64,000 bases of DNA from Bugula neritina (lineage: Eukaryota; Animalia; Bryozoa). The position numbers and the translations under genes were made by a program. The stretch covers positions 16,486,581-16,550,580 of the forward strand of contig OZ037767.1 in NCBI GenBank assembly GCA_964035545.1. The letters run 5' to 3'. The notes below the pieces were generated by a model. That model was not told where the DNA came from. It saw nothing but the letters and a program-made list of their open reading frames with translations, and searched no databases. Below, one piece after another: positions 31,202-44,318 of the stretch. Numbering within the stretch: the first letter of the stretch is position 1; every line of letters starts with the position of its first letter.

Positions 31202-34200
31202 CTAGATGTGTATCAGCGCATGGCTATCTCCGTTTATAATTTTTTCCGTTTTCCCGCCAAACCTGACTCTGAATCTCTTGCCACCCCAAGAGACCTCTCT
31301 CATCAGCACCACGTTTGGCCAGATATATAATATCATCAGCTCTCGCACTATCCACGCCTTGATATGACTGAATACAGAGTATGCAGGCCTTCCGTTCTAC
31401 AGTAAAAGATGTAGTCATTACACCAACAGTTAACAAGTAGTATATAGTCATTACACCAACAGTTAACAAGTAGTATATAGTCATTACACCAACAGTTAAC
31501 AAATATTATATAGTCATTACACTTGCAGTTAACACGTTTGAACTTGTTCTAGCAGTACAATGAGTTCCAGATTTACCTCGATGACGGCTGACAGGATATA
31601 GTCCATAATGCACCAGCTAACCATATGAACAGGTATGAATATGTAAAAAGGAATGCTGAATAAATACTGAGCAGCCAGACTGGCCAAGGGTCCGAGGCAG
31701 ATGTGCTCTGTGAGAGGCTCAAATAATATAAGTAATGGCATGGCTGCAAACCGGAGGTACATCCACCTGTAGAAGAGAGAAAGGTGACAACTCCCGATAG
31801 TATAACAGAGATAAGTGAGTAAATGTGCTGAAAGGATGAGATCAAGCATATAGTAGTCGTAGGAGTTATCTCAACTTCCATACTTTGATTTCAAATAGAG
31901 GACAGCTTCCCTTACCTCATCATTCTTGCCTTGAAGCTGGTGAGAGTAGATAGACCAGGATTCTGTCCTGTAGGCTGAGAACTTAGCACCACTCGCCAAC
32001 CTCTGTAACATAAGTAAGGAACCAAACATTACAACAGCTGGACATGCAGCAAAACCATCATCACAGAAAAACTAGCAAGTTGCATTCATATAGTATTGAC
32101 AGTTGCAGAAATATTTTGGATGCAATTTGAATACAGCTTTAGAGTTGTATTTCCAAGCAAATTTAGTTTATTGTACATTATGCTGGTATAGATGAGGGCA
32201 GTTATCAGCAGGCTTCCTAAATTCGGAATTAATTGAAGGCAAATTTACTCAAATTTATTATCTCTGAATAGTTCAACAACACATAAATGCAACTAGACAG
32301 CCCGTTTAAAGCTAAGCTAATTATAGCATCAGTAACTAGAAACTAACAGAGCTTGAACAACTATTTGCCATCATATTAGAAACCCAACAATATGGTTACG
32401 AATAGTTACAACAAAAAGCCTATCACAATGCTACTAACATACAGATGTAGAGATTGCGGTAAAATCCAATGAAACATAATTTAAAGAAAGCTGAATGAAG
32501 TAAAATCTGGTGCCCTTGAAGGATATACCAACAGTCTGGTAGCCATGGAAACGAGAGAACACAACTACTGTTATTCGATGCTATCGTAGAGTCATTAGTG
32601 CAAATTCATCAACACTGCAGAAGTCAGAACATGATAAGCTGAACGTTAGAGGAGAGGGGGGGGGGGTTTAATGTAGGCAGCCTAGCTCACACTCACAGAC
32701 TGTATTCTCTAAGTCCAGATATTGGTCTAACAATTTGATGTCTTACAAATAAATTATTGAATTAGAGATTAGCTTGAGATTTGGCACTTGTGTATCTCAC
32801 AACTACTGGAGTAAAACCTTAATGGCAATCTATTACATAACAGATGACTATTCAACAGATGATGACTTGTTGACATGAAGACTGGAAAGACACTGATAGA
32901 AAACCCAGTCACAGCTTCAAGTCAGCACTTAGTAGTTCACAGCTGGCTGAGTTTTCCCAGAGAAACAAAAACTGAAACTCTGCAAAAACTATTTAGAGTT
33001 GAAATTCCAGGCAGCATTATCTCCTAAGCGGGTGGGGGCTGACTGAAGGTCAAAGAGCAATAATATGAATACATGCAGATCTGCATTTCAAAGTTCAAGC
33101 TAGGTTTATATTAGTAAATAATATAGTTAGCTGCGTGTTATAGCAAATGTAAAGGTATGAGTTTAGAACCATGTGAAATGTTTTGTAGATCTTCACTTCA
33201 AACTCACTGATCTACGATAAGACAGGGAAAAGTGGGTAAAACTATCGAAAGAATTGTCTTCTCTTTAAGAATATAAAGTACAGTTAGTCCTGGTACATCT
33301 TTATATTCACCTAACAAGTCTATACTGAGTACACTAGTATTACTTGTCTATACTGAGTACACTAGCTAAGTCTTACTTGTCTATACTGAGTACACTAGTC
33401 TTACTTGTCTATACTGAGTACACAAGTCTTACTTGTCTATACTGAGTACACAAGTCTTACTTGTCTATACTGAGTACACAAGTCTTACTTGTTGATGATG
33501 AGCTGGGAGAGGAAGAAATCCTCCCCCAGGTAGCTGGACAGGACCCTCATCCCACCCTCCTCGTCGAGGATCTTCTTCCGGAACAAACAGGACATGCTCG
33601 TCATGCAGTTTATTCCGCAGGCGTTAGCTGACAGGTAGACCCTGGCGTGTGCTCCGGCAAACCATACCTGTAGTTTGTGTAGAGTCAGTTACCTAGCCTC
33701 AGCTTATAACTAGTAAGTAGCAGAAGTTGGTTAGGAAAGGAAAGATAACTCTGACACTACTGACCTTCTCCACAACCCTGGAGAACCTGAGATCCCCGTC
33801 CATCATACGGGGGAGTTGGTGGACCAGCCCGACCTTGTCTGTCAGGTGTTGTACCATGTCCATCAGCGTGTCTTCATTCACTGCAGTGCAAATAGATACA
33901 CTGTACTTACTATATGCACTACACTTACTATTCACACTACACTTACTATAAATACTGTACTTACTATATACTCTGTACATATACTCACTATATACTTACT
34001 ATACAGACACGCAGACAGCCAGGGGAGGAGAGAAGGGGAATAAGGGGGGGGTACTTACTGCGTATTCCAGCGTCTGAGATGAGGAAGAGAGGGTATTGGG
34101 CGGACTCGTAAGCGTTGAGCATATTGTTTACCTTCGGATTCACACCAGCCTCCTTGGCACCTGAAGTAGAGGCAAACAAGCTGGTACATGTGGTGACCAG

Positions 34201-37200
34201 AAGGTCATGTCACATAGCACAGACAGCAGTGTACAGTAGTGACCTTTGAACTGATAGAACTAGTAGTGACTAACAGATATCAGGTGAGGGAAGGGTAAAG
34301 TCTACAGTTTCTCTCTATGCAGATAATCGCTATGGCAACCATTATTCTATACAAACACACTCTAACACACCATGGTGATTAACTGTTGACAAGGGAGTAA
34401 TATAGTGGGGATAACTTTGCATATATGATATGTAGAGTAAGGTGATACGATATATAGAGTAAGGTGATATGATATATAGAGTAAGGTGATATGATATATA
34501 GAGTAAGGTGATATGATATATAGAGTAAGGTGACACGATATATAGAGTAAGGTGATATGATATATAGAGTAAGGTGATATGATATATAGAGTAAGGTGAT
34601 ATGATAAAGAGATGAAATAGATTTAGTTTGTTCAAATAGAAGTGCTATGCCCCTAGAGAAAAGTAGCTAATTTGGTGATCAACTTTCAGTTTAATATTTA
34701 ATGAGGTGGTGAATAGTTGCATTAATAGAGCTATGAGTTCTTTTCGCACTGACTGAGCCATTTCAGCTAGAGAGGGGTGTGACACAGGGAATAGAAAGGG
34801 GGCAGGGAGAGAGAGTTAGAGAGAGGGGGGACAGAGAGAGAGAGCTAGAGAGGGGGGACAGAGAGAGAGAGCTAGAGAGAGGGGGGCAGGGAGAGAGAGT
34901 TAGAGAGAGGGGGCAGGGAGAGAGCTAGAGAGAGGGGGCAGGGAGAGAGTTAGAGAAGGAGGGGGGCAGGGAGAGAGCTAGAGAGGGGGCAGAGAGAGAG
35001 TTAGAGAGAGGGGGCAGGGAGAGAGTTAGAGAGAGGGGGCAGGGAGAGAGCTAGAGAGAGGGGGCAGGGAGAGAGTTAGAGAGAGGGGGCAGGGAGAGAG
35101 CTAGAGAGAGGGGGGCAGGGAGAGAGAGTTAGAGAGAGGGGGCAGGGAGAGAGCTAGAGAGAGGGGGCAGGGAGAGAGTTAGAGAAGGAGGGGGGCAGGG
35201 AGAGAGTTAGAGAAGGAGGGGGGCAGGGAGAGAGTTAGAGAGAGGGGGCAGGGAGAAAGCTAGAGAGGGGGCAGAGAGAGCTAGAGAGAGAGGGGGGGGG
35301 CAGGGAGAGCTAATAGGGAAAGCTATAAATCAAATGCCACCACTTCTGTGAAGATCATCAAAAGATTCAAATGCAGATAAAAATAGTTCATGCCAATCAC
35401 TCAATCCATCATGTCACAGTTGGTGAGTTATATGAGGGAATGCCATAGTTTCGTGATGTGGGAATACATGCTAATCTGTGCCAAAAGTGTATACACTTTA
35501 CTCTGTAGTGAACCAGTTGGAAACTGGTTAAATATACTTCTAAACTGCAGGAGCTCTACACAGTTGGCTGGGGCTAGCCCTGATGTATAGTTGCATTGGG
35601 AGTGCAGGAGTGGATGTAAGTTATAAGAGCCAGGGGTTTACAGGGGTGGAGTCAGCAGTACGTAAACAGGGAGAAGTTACAGTGAACAGCTTTTCAAGTA
35701 AGCTCAAAGGAATAGAACAGCGTGTTTGAGTCATAAATTATTCAAATTACCTTCAGTCGCAACATGGTTACCATCTACAAACACACTTGACATTATACAG
35801 TGATATGATGTACCTGTGTATACTTTAGCATCCACATCCGGGTATTTAGCTATCAGACCGTTCACAACGTTTATCAGCTCGTGGGCGGCTTCGTCTTGTA
35901 TACAGAATATTATTTCATACTGCAAGAGATTGTAATTATATAGTTACAATGCTAAGTAGATAGGATGAGAAGTATAGAGTATATATGTTGGTGAATACTT
36001 GATAATAATAGCATATGACATTAATTACACAGTTCAATGATTATATGATGTTGGTTATAGTAATAGTTACATCAAGTACTCTAACATAACTGGCCTACAT
36101 CTACAAGTAATTAAAGTAAGAGAAATTATGTAGCTAATAGCTGTATACTCAGTTATTAGCTACACATCTTCCAGCTAATAGCTGTATAGTACAACCCAGC
36201 AGATGTGGGCAAACAGCCCTTAGCATTCAGCACTGAGCAGGTCATGTCGTTGCCATGGAAACTATATCAACAACTACGTGTTACACCCATCAGCAGGGTC
36301 ACTAACCTCAGAGAGGGTTGGGTAATAATGTAAATAATATGCCAAGAATGTGTTGTGAGAGTTCGTCCTCTGCAGTGTTGTGCCCAAACATGAGGGTAGT
36401 CTTCACAGTACAGTATACTAGTAGTTGTACAGTATACTAGTAGTTGTATAGTATACTAGTAGTTGTACAGTATACTAGTAGTTGTACAGTATACTAGTAG
36501 TTGTACAGTATACTAGTAGTTGTATAGTATACTAGTAATTGTACAGTATACTAGTAGTTGTACAGTATACTAGTGTACAGTATACTAGTAGTAGTATAGT
36601 ATACTAGTGTACAGTATACTAGTAGTTGTACAGTATATTAGTAGTTGTACAGTATACTAGTAGTTGTATAGTATACTAGTAGTAGTATAGTATACTAGTG
36701 TACAGTATACTAGTAGTTGTACAGTATACTAGTAGTTGTACAGTATACTAGCAGTTGTACAGTATACTAGTAGTTGTACAGTATACTAGTAGTTGTACAG
36801 TATACTAGTGTACAGTATACTAGTAGTAGTATAGTATACTAGTGTACAGTATACTAGTAGTTGTACAGTATATTAGTAGTTGTACAGTATACTAGTAGTT
36901 GTATAGTATACTAGTAGTAGTATAGTATACTAGTGTACAGTATACTAGTAGTTGTACAGTATACTAGTAGTTGTACAGTATACTAGTAGTTGTACAGTAT
37001 ACTAGTAGTTGTACAGTATACTAGTAGTTGTATAGTATACTAGTAGTTGTACAGTATACTAGTAGTTGTATAGTATACTAGTAGTTGTATAGTATACTAG
37101 TAGTTGTATAGTATACTAGTAATTGTACAGTATACTAGTAGTTGTACAGTATACTAGTGTACAGTATACTAGTAGTAGTATAGTATACTAGTAGTTGTAT

Positions 37201-39825
37201 AGTATACTAGTAGTTGTATAGTATACTAGTAGTTGTATAGTATACTGGTAGTTAGGCAGCTGGTATGCTGTCACAAGATGCCCATAACGTATAATTCAAA
37301 GAACTATTAATAATTCACAGATTCACAGAAGTTCGCCATCTGCAAACTCTCTATTCATACTCCAGTGTCACTCAGTGAGTGGCTTTTGTTGTTGTTTAGA
37401 GATTGTGTGATCACCTAACAAGGCGTAGACATGCAGCTGAGGTGATTACGTAACCTCTCATGTCTACAACTACAGCATGTCGTGGGAAACAGGGAGACAA
37501 ACAACAGCCTGGGGTCTTACAAACACTTCTCCCCTCATGAAAGTTTTATTGAAATTTAGTGCAATGCATGCATCCTGCCCTGGTCCAGAGGTTGGAGCGT
37601 TTGCCTAGTAGTCATGGGTTCGAGCCCTGACAAAGGCCATTGGTGATGTTGGGAAGAGCATCCAGTCATAATTGCTCTTGAATAAGTCATTAGCCGATTT
37701 AACAAAAAACCCCTTTTTATCAGAGGTTTTCTCACAGGGATGGCTACTACAAACTTGTGTGAGTTTTATTAACTGTATGCATCCTAGGATACTGGGGGTA
37801 GTCCTAGCATGCTGGGGGTAGTCCTAGCATGCTGGGGGTAGTCCTAGGATAGTTGGGTAGTATGTTAGGAGACTGGGGGCAGTATGCTAGGATACTGGGG
37901 GTAGTATGCTAGGATACTGGGGGCAGTATGTTAGCGTACTGATGACATACAAACGCTCACCGTGGGGTAATTGAGGGTAAAGAAGGAGGCAAGGTTGTCC
38001 ACCAGGTTTGGATCTGATAGATCACTGAGTGGCTTGGCAATGGTAACCCCAGGCAAGATGACGCATTTCTCCTCATCCTCTCTCTGGACTGCCTTGTGCA
38101 GATGCATCTTTCTGCAGAAGACAAAAGTTACGTCAGCATAGAGAAATCACGTGATACATTGTGAGTAATCAACACGTGTGACCTAGTACGTTAGGTCACC
38201 ACGTGGTCAACTGAGGAAGCTGGAGTGATTTGAAACTCAATGTAAACTCATTGTCCAGCAAGAATAAGGTGTCACGCAACTTAGAATGGCGATAGCTGCC
38301 ACTAGATAATGCAGGTATATATAGCTTGTAGTAGAATGGGGATTACACTTAGCTGAAAGGGTATGAGATTGCTTAGCAGATTAAGTTTTCACATGAGCAG
38401 ATAATATTGTTAGATATAAATGAACATTCCAGGGAGGTATTGTATTGTGTCTTGAATCCGGACAGAGAGGGAATTAGTAACAAAAAACACTGTTGCAATA
38501 AATAAGCTTGCAAACAAAAACTATCCTAATCTAGGGACAAATAATGATGATTCACCATTCCTAAGATAGTAGTCTACCCACAGCTGATAGAATGTCAACA
38601 ATTTGGTAAAATAGGAGCCAGTAGTAAGGGTTGGGGAGGGGACATACCAGTGGTATACAGCACACAGCTGGTTGTAACATTATTATGATGATAACACATA
38701 GACTAATTAATTCGGACAGCTAAGTGAGATTCTAGCTCAGGAACTGAAAGCCAACAGAGATTGGCATAGAGTAACTTGGCCCACAGGCTATACTCAAGCA
38801 GGGAAGGTCTCTATGAACTACTTAGCTTAAGGTAGTTTTGCCCCTCTCTCCTTATCTGTTATATTTAAGAGAGCAAATGAAAACATTGCATTATCATCAG
38901 TTGCCACATCTCGAACTCATATCTACCACCAGCAAAGTTTCACGTAGTTTAGGTTTCTATTTGGAGTTAGTAAGGTACGTTTCAAGAACGGCCCCACCCT
39001 GCTTGACTGATAAAAATTAACGAATAAAAGGTCAATACAAACTACAGAGCAACTTAATGGTACTAGTCAGGTAATGTGTACAACAGCCAACATGTGCTGC
39101 ATTCAGCCGATTGTCAGTTATTCAAAGGAGTAGAAAAATTAGAAAAAATGAACACCAGTTTAGAGAAGTGTTTAAACCAGTTACTACTTAACGCTATTAA
39201 AGACTTCAGTACTATACCCACCAGTAATACTATCAGTCTACCACCAGTAGTATAACCACCAGTAATACTACCACCAGTACTATACCCACCAGTAATACTA
39301 CCACCAGTAGTATAACCAGCAGTAATGCACAGCTTATTGACAACCGGTGAGAAGGATTTCCATAGATGTAATACTGAAAACTTTGACTGAATTAAGAATT
39401 AGCTGCAAGCTTTGTTTCTGTTTTTATACATGTAGCAACATTGCATTAGCTGCTGAAAATCCTACCCAACACTTGCAGGGGGAGAGGGAGGGGCCCAACA
39501 CGCCTGTTACTTTAAACTCAACTATTCAGCTAGAAGCTAAAGTCATGAAACACATGAAGATATAAGAGTTGTTTGATGACAAGCAGGAACTTCAGCTGCC
39601 AATCTAACTGGTCTAGTTAACACGAACCAGAAGTTCTGCTTAAACATAACATTCTACCCTGATTCTATAACTGTTTATCAACATTGACGCTACTAGAACA
39701 TAAACCTACCCATATATGAGAGATATGAGGTAGAAGCCTAGTATCGTAAGCCATACAAGTAGGCATATCCAGGACATAAGAGAGCACCAGTCTATGGAGT
39801 AGAATGAGTAACTGAAACCAGCCAT
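31202..39825 (-). CDS. UGCG: Ceramide glucosyltransferase (glucosylceramide synthase, GT21), 9 coding exons
   Basis: Exons at about 39825-39710, 38111-37961, 35919-35813, 34160-34059, 33880-33765, 33667-33489, 32003-31915, 31766-31577, 31396-31202. N-terminal TM segment; LPGVTIAKPL, DPNLVDNL, YEIIFCIQD, GVNPKVNNM, ISDAGI, VGLVHQLP, YLGEDFF, RMMRW, EPLTE, AWIVRE. Non-coding upstream exons are likely near 40320 and 41145. Confidence 0.93.
33315..33492 (-). repeat. 28-bp repeat duplicating a UGCG exon end and donor (ACAA|GTAAGACTTGTGTACTCAGTATAG)
   Basis: About 5-6 copies; on the minus strand each carries ACAA|GTAA as at the true donor (33489/33488). Confidence 0.88.
34425..34605. repeat. 22-bp minisatellite (GATATATAGAGTAAGGTGATAT)
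   Basis: About 8 copies. Confidence 0.9.
34790..35310. repeat. Purine-rich GA/G-run minisatellite (GAGAGAGGGGGCAGGGAGAGAGTTA)
   Basis: About 20 degenerate copies, almost entirely purine on the + strand. Confidence 0.9.
36405..37250. repeat. 19-bp quasi-palindromic minisatellite (TACAGTATACTAGTAGTTG)
   Basis: About 45 copies with higher-order variants. Confidence 0.95.
37575..37770 (+). mobile_element. tRNA-derived SINE, copy 2
   Basis: TGGTCCAGAGG (A-box-like) ... GGTTCGAGCC (B-box), followed by the shared core GGCCATTGGTGATGTTGGGAAGAGCATCCAGTCATAATTGCTC. Confidence 0.8.
37785..37935. repeat. 20-bp G-run minisatellite (GGATACTGGGGGTAGTCCTA variants)
   Basis: About 7 copies adjacent to the UGCG donor at 37960. 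Confidence 0.8.
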
Positions 39826-41299
39826 GTAGCTCCGGGAGGAGGGCCTCCGCCACACACTACTTGAGATAGCTTTGGCACTACCGGCCCAGTTGGGTCAGCT
39901 AGTCTTGAGTGTAGAGATTTGCTATAGCATCCACCTGAACAGTACGAGTTTCATTTAAGAGATCATTGGTTTATTATCCAATAAAGAAACTTTTAATGTC
40001 TTAAATATTAAAGTTCTGTTATTTGGTTATACTTCGTGCTTTAAATTAATATATTTCCTAAGAAAATGCAATGGGAGTGAAACAAATGTAAGATTTAGAT
40101 ACTCAATAAGTAATATTGAATATAAACCATTAGTAGCTGTATAACAATTAACACAATTAAATTGCAACAAATCTAATAGATAGAACTGATTAAATATTGT
40201 AACCTTTAGTAATGTTGGCAATTACTGAATCAAAATTATCTAAATGTTGCTAAAACACAGCACTTAATAGTAATAGTTATCATAATATTGGTGATGTTAA
40301 GAGTCTTAGCCATACTCACTCATCATGATGGTCATACTATTTTCACTTAAGGTTGATAGTGGCAATAGCCAATACCACTATATATCATTATCATTCAAAT
40401 ATGATAAGACATAAGTATTAGTACGAGGAATAACATTATAAAGTTAAACTAAATGAGTAAATCTACCTAAAGTTAATGTTTCGGATGATAATAAATTGAT
40501 ATTGATTTAACTATTAATTTATTTATGTTAAAAATAAAATTCACATTCAACAAAAAATTTAAAAAAATATAACAAAATAAAATAACAACAATGACAATCA
40601 TAATAAATATCATCAGTTAATGAATTATATTTATTGAATATAAATAATTATTATCTAAAATAAAAATATGAAAAAATAAACATAAGCACAAAAAATATAT
40701 GAATAAAATACAATATTAATATGAATATAACATTAATACCAATATATAACAAAATTAAAAACTCTAAATCTACTCTAAGCTAAGAGTTAGAGTCAAACGT
40801 TAAACTTAACTAAATTAGAAAATTAAAATATAATAGGCAGAACTAAAAGTTAACCTCAAAGTAAAAGTTAAACTCAAAGCTAAAGTAATTTATAATTTTT
40901 AATTGCATAAATTTGGGCCATCAAGTTTAACTGTAAAGTGTAAAGTTTTAGCTTAAGGTAAAGGTGAAAATAAATTTAAAAACTTTAAAAAAATGCAATC
41001 AGTGAATCACAATTATTATTAATATTAATTTTATAATTTATTATTATTAAAATTATATTTATTAATATCAAATTCAATATGAATATGATTTGATTATGAT
41101 AATCACGACGACTGACTCTAAGTGAAACTGAATGAGTAATTACCTGCATTAGCTTTAAAATTCTAAACAGCAAAAAATAACTGAGGTTGCTTAAGTCGCA
41201 GCTCAACCTTTTTTCTAACAGTCGATTTATCACATGATGATTGCTCTTACTGTGTAGCCTGTAATATACAATGGGTAGAGAATATTTGGCACATGGTTG

Positions 41300-41720
41300 T
41301 ATTATTCATCGTAAGCGTTTCCGGGTTTAAGGTCAAAGTTTAAAAGCAAACCGTCCACTCATGTTTGGGCTACGATAATCGATTAGCCTGTTTTTCGTTT
41401 AGCAAGTTGGAGAGACGAGTATTACGTTCTCAAAGTTTTGTTAAATTAGGAAATTCGTCTACTTGCGCATCGTATGAGGAGATGATAAATTTGAGCAAAG
41501 TCAAGTGTAAACAACTCTTACAATATTTGGCATCATGTTTAAAAAATAAATCTTGATGTCTTTTAGAAATACTTTATTTTGTATTAAATTTTGAATTAGA
41601 AAAATTACAATAATTTTGAAGCTTTCTGTGATATTTTGCTGAGTTGATCTAATAAAAACAATGGCGGCGAGAAACTGCGGTAATTCGCGGCACTCTTCGC
41701 CATAATGCAGTTCTTTTTCA
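41300..41720. promoter_or_regulatory. Putative head-to-head promoter of UGCG (-) and INO80 (+)
   Basis: CpG-containing patch with YY1-like AATGGCGG (~41661) and CGCCAT (~41698) and ETS-like TTCCGG (~41319). Strong donors face outward (CAG|GTAAGT at 41880 on +, CAG|GTAATT at ~41143 on -). Confidence 0.5.
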
Positions 41721-44087
41721 TCGCGGTTCTTTGGTTAATCACATTGACTGGTAGCACTTGCTCTGCCGGCCATTACCATAACATTTTAGAAACTACTATA
41801 ACTTGCCTAAACATTGTACGGATGCTCAATTGGTACTCTTGCCAGATAGTTCTGCATGTAGATTTCAATTTTTATGACAGGTAAGTGTATTTTATTGGGA
41901 TTTCCCCTATTTTAATTGTAGAAACGAAACGACAGTTTTAGGAATTTCTGTGCGCATTGTAAAGTGCATTGCTCTGTGTCTGCGTTATGTATTTATTCGT
42001 TTTGCTAATAATTGATAGATTTTAAATCTATTGCTAAAAAGGCAAAGAAGTCAATTGTCTCTGAGAAAAGACTTACTTTCACTTTGAAAAGTTGAACGTT
42101 AGGTTATACTTACACTAAATCTAATAGTAATACTTATACTTATACTAATACTCACCATTAGAGTATTACTAATAACTATAAGTAATAGTGATACTTATAC
42201 TCATAGTTATACTTATAGTTATATTTATAGTTATACTTATACTTATACTTATAGTTATGCTTATAAAACTAGTAGTAGTACTACTGCTACTAGTACTAGT
42301 AGTACTACTACTAGTAGTACTACTACTAATCCTGGAAGTAGATCAAGATAAAGATGGTGATACTGACTGATACTGATAGTGATAGTCAACCACTAATTCA
42401 GTAATTGTCAATGATTGTCAATGGCATAACTATACTAGTAGTAGGTATTATAATAGTTATATTTATAGTTATAGTAATAGTACTATTAGGTCTACTACTC
42501 AGTAGTAACATTAGTAGCAACAGTAATACTAATACTAATAGTCTAATAATAATAGTGGTATTATAGTTATACTTATATTTAATCTTATACTTATAGCTAT
42601 ACTCCTATAGTTATAGGTACACTTATACTAATACAAATAGTAATACTAGTCATAGTAGTAAGTGTAGCTGCACTTCTAACTGTTATACCAATAGTATTAG
42701 TCTTAATAAGTTAAACTTGAAGTTAAAGTAAGTAATATTAAGTCAATAATTGTAATTGTGATTATTTGCAGTAATACTAATAATACTACTAATCTAATAC
42801 TAATAGCAATATGTATATTTTTTTACTAATCTAATAGTTATACTCCTACTATTACTATCAGTATTACTATAGTGCGATTATAGTTATAGTTATGCCCAAG
42901 ATCGGTATTGGTTTAAGTATTCGTACAACTGATGGTTTTACTGTACGAGTATTTATACTGTTAAGTTGAACTGTAAGATAAAATAAGTTATAGTAGTTAT
43001 AGTTATACTGTAAGTATTATAATTGTGTAAATATTATAGAATATGTAAATGTTCTTAAAGCCATAATCATCATCATTTGATTAAGTTAGGATAATGGAAT
43101 TAATTCAATGCATATAAATTATTGGTAGTAGTGATACTTATACAGTTATACTAATAGTAATACTATCACTAATGTTAATAATACTAATAGCATTATTTAT
43201 AACTAAACTGAGTAAGTTAATTTGTTAAAGTAATACTGTAGATGTGCAGACTGTAAATGGTAGATTATGTAGCTTACTAAAATATTTATTGCTCAGTCTT
43301 ATAGACATAATACAATAATGAATGTGATAATGATTATGCTAGTTTTAATGACTCAATATGAATATAATTTACTCAAGTCATGAAATACTATGAAATCACA
43401 TTGATATTGTGTCATCAGAGGTGAAAAACAAATAATTATCGTTTGTATTTAATTTGTTTTAAGGTTTTATGTTTTGGTTGCCTTTAACCTCGTATAAAAT
43501 GTAAGTTGCTGTTTTGGCATGACTGAAGGGTAACTCAATCTTTAATAAACTTAACTTACAACTGCGAATTACTTAGCAATTTGTTGTGTATTTATTTATA
43601 TCAACTGAGCATTAGTGTACGTCTTTATGATGCAGCTAAATAGTTTTACTAGTATTATAAGTTTCTCTAATGAAAACCACTCATGGATTTAAAATTCAGG
43701 TTTTCACTTTTTTAGGTATGTTAGTTTTTAAACTCATGAAGCGTACTACTACTACTACTCGTTTCCTGTTTATTATAACTATCGCTATGGTTACTTACTC
43801 CTTATTATAGCTGTATATCTCGTACTAATTAGTAACAATTAAATTTTTAAATTTAACAATGACAAAATGACAATTACCCTGATCTGAACATAGAATAGTC
43901 ACAGCTGTGTTTGAAGTGGGCATTGTGACTATGACTTTGTCATCTAACAGGTAAAGTTAATAGAAACCAAGTGTATTAGCATTTCTATTAACTATATCAT
44001 ATAGTGGATGTGGTATTAGCAGAAATAGTTACTTTAGTTTAAGTATTTGCTAAGTTAGTAGTTCACTGTATAATGTCTCGAAATATA

Positions 44088-44285
44088 ACAGCCGTGGTCT
44101 AGGGGTTAGAGCATTTGCCTAGTAATCACGAAGTCGGACAAAGGCCATTGGTGATGTTAGGAAGAGCGTCCAGTCATAATTGCTCCTGTGCTTCATCTAA
44201 ATAAATCCTTAGCCTAATTTAACAAAAGCCCTTTCCATCCGGAGTTTTCTAACAGGGATGGTGACTGTAAACTTGTGTGAGTTTA
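44088..44285 (+). mobile_element. tRNA-derived SINE, copy 3 (B-box region deleted)
   Basis: Homologous to copies 1 and 2; ends ~30 bp upstream of the first coding exon of INO80. Confidence 0.78.
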
Positions 44286-44318
44286 TGTAATTGACGAGTT
44301 GTTTTGGTTTATTCCAAG

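Noticed and set aside
37575-37635. tRNA gene at the SINE heads
   Set aside because: A/B-box-like motifs are present but no complete cloverleaf; each head continues into a shared dispersed repeat body.
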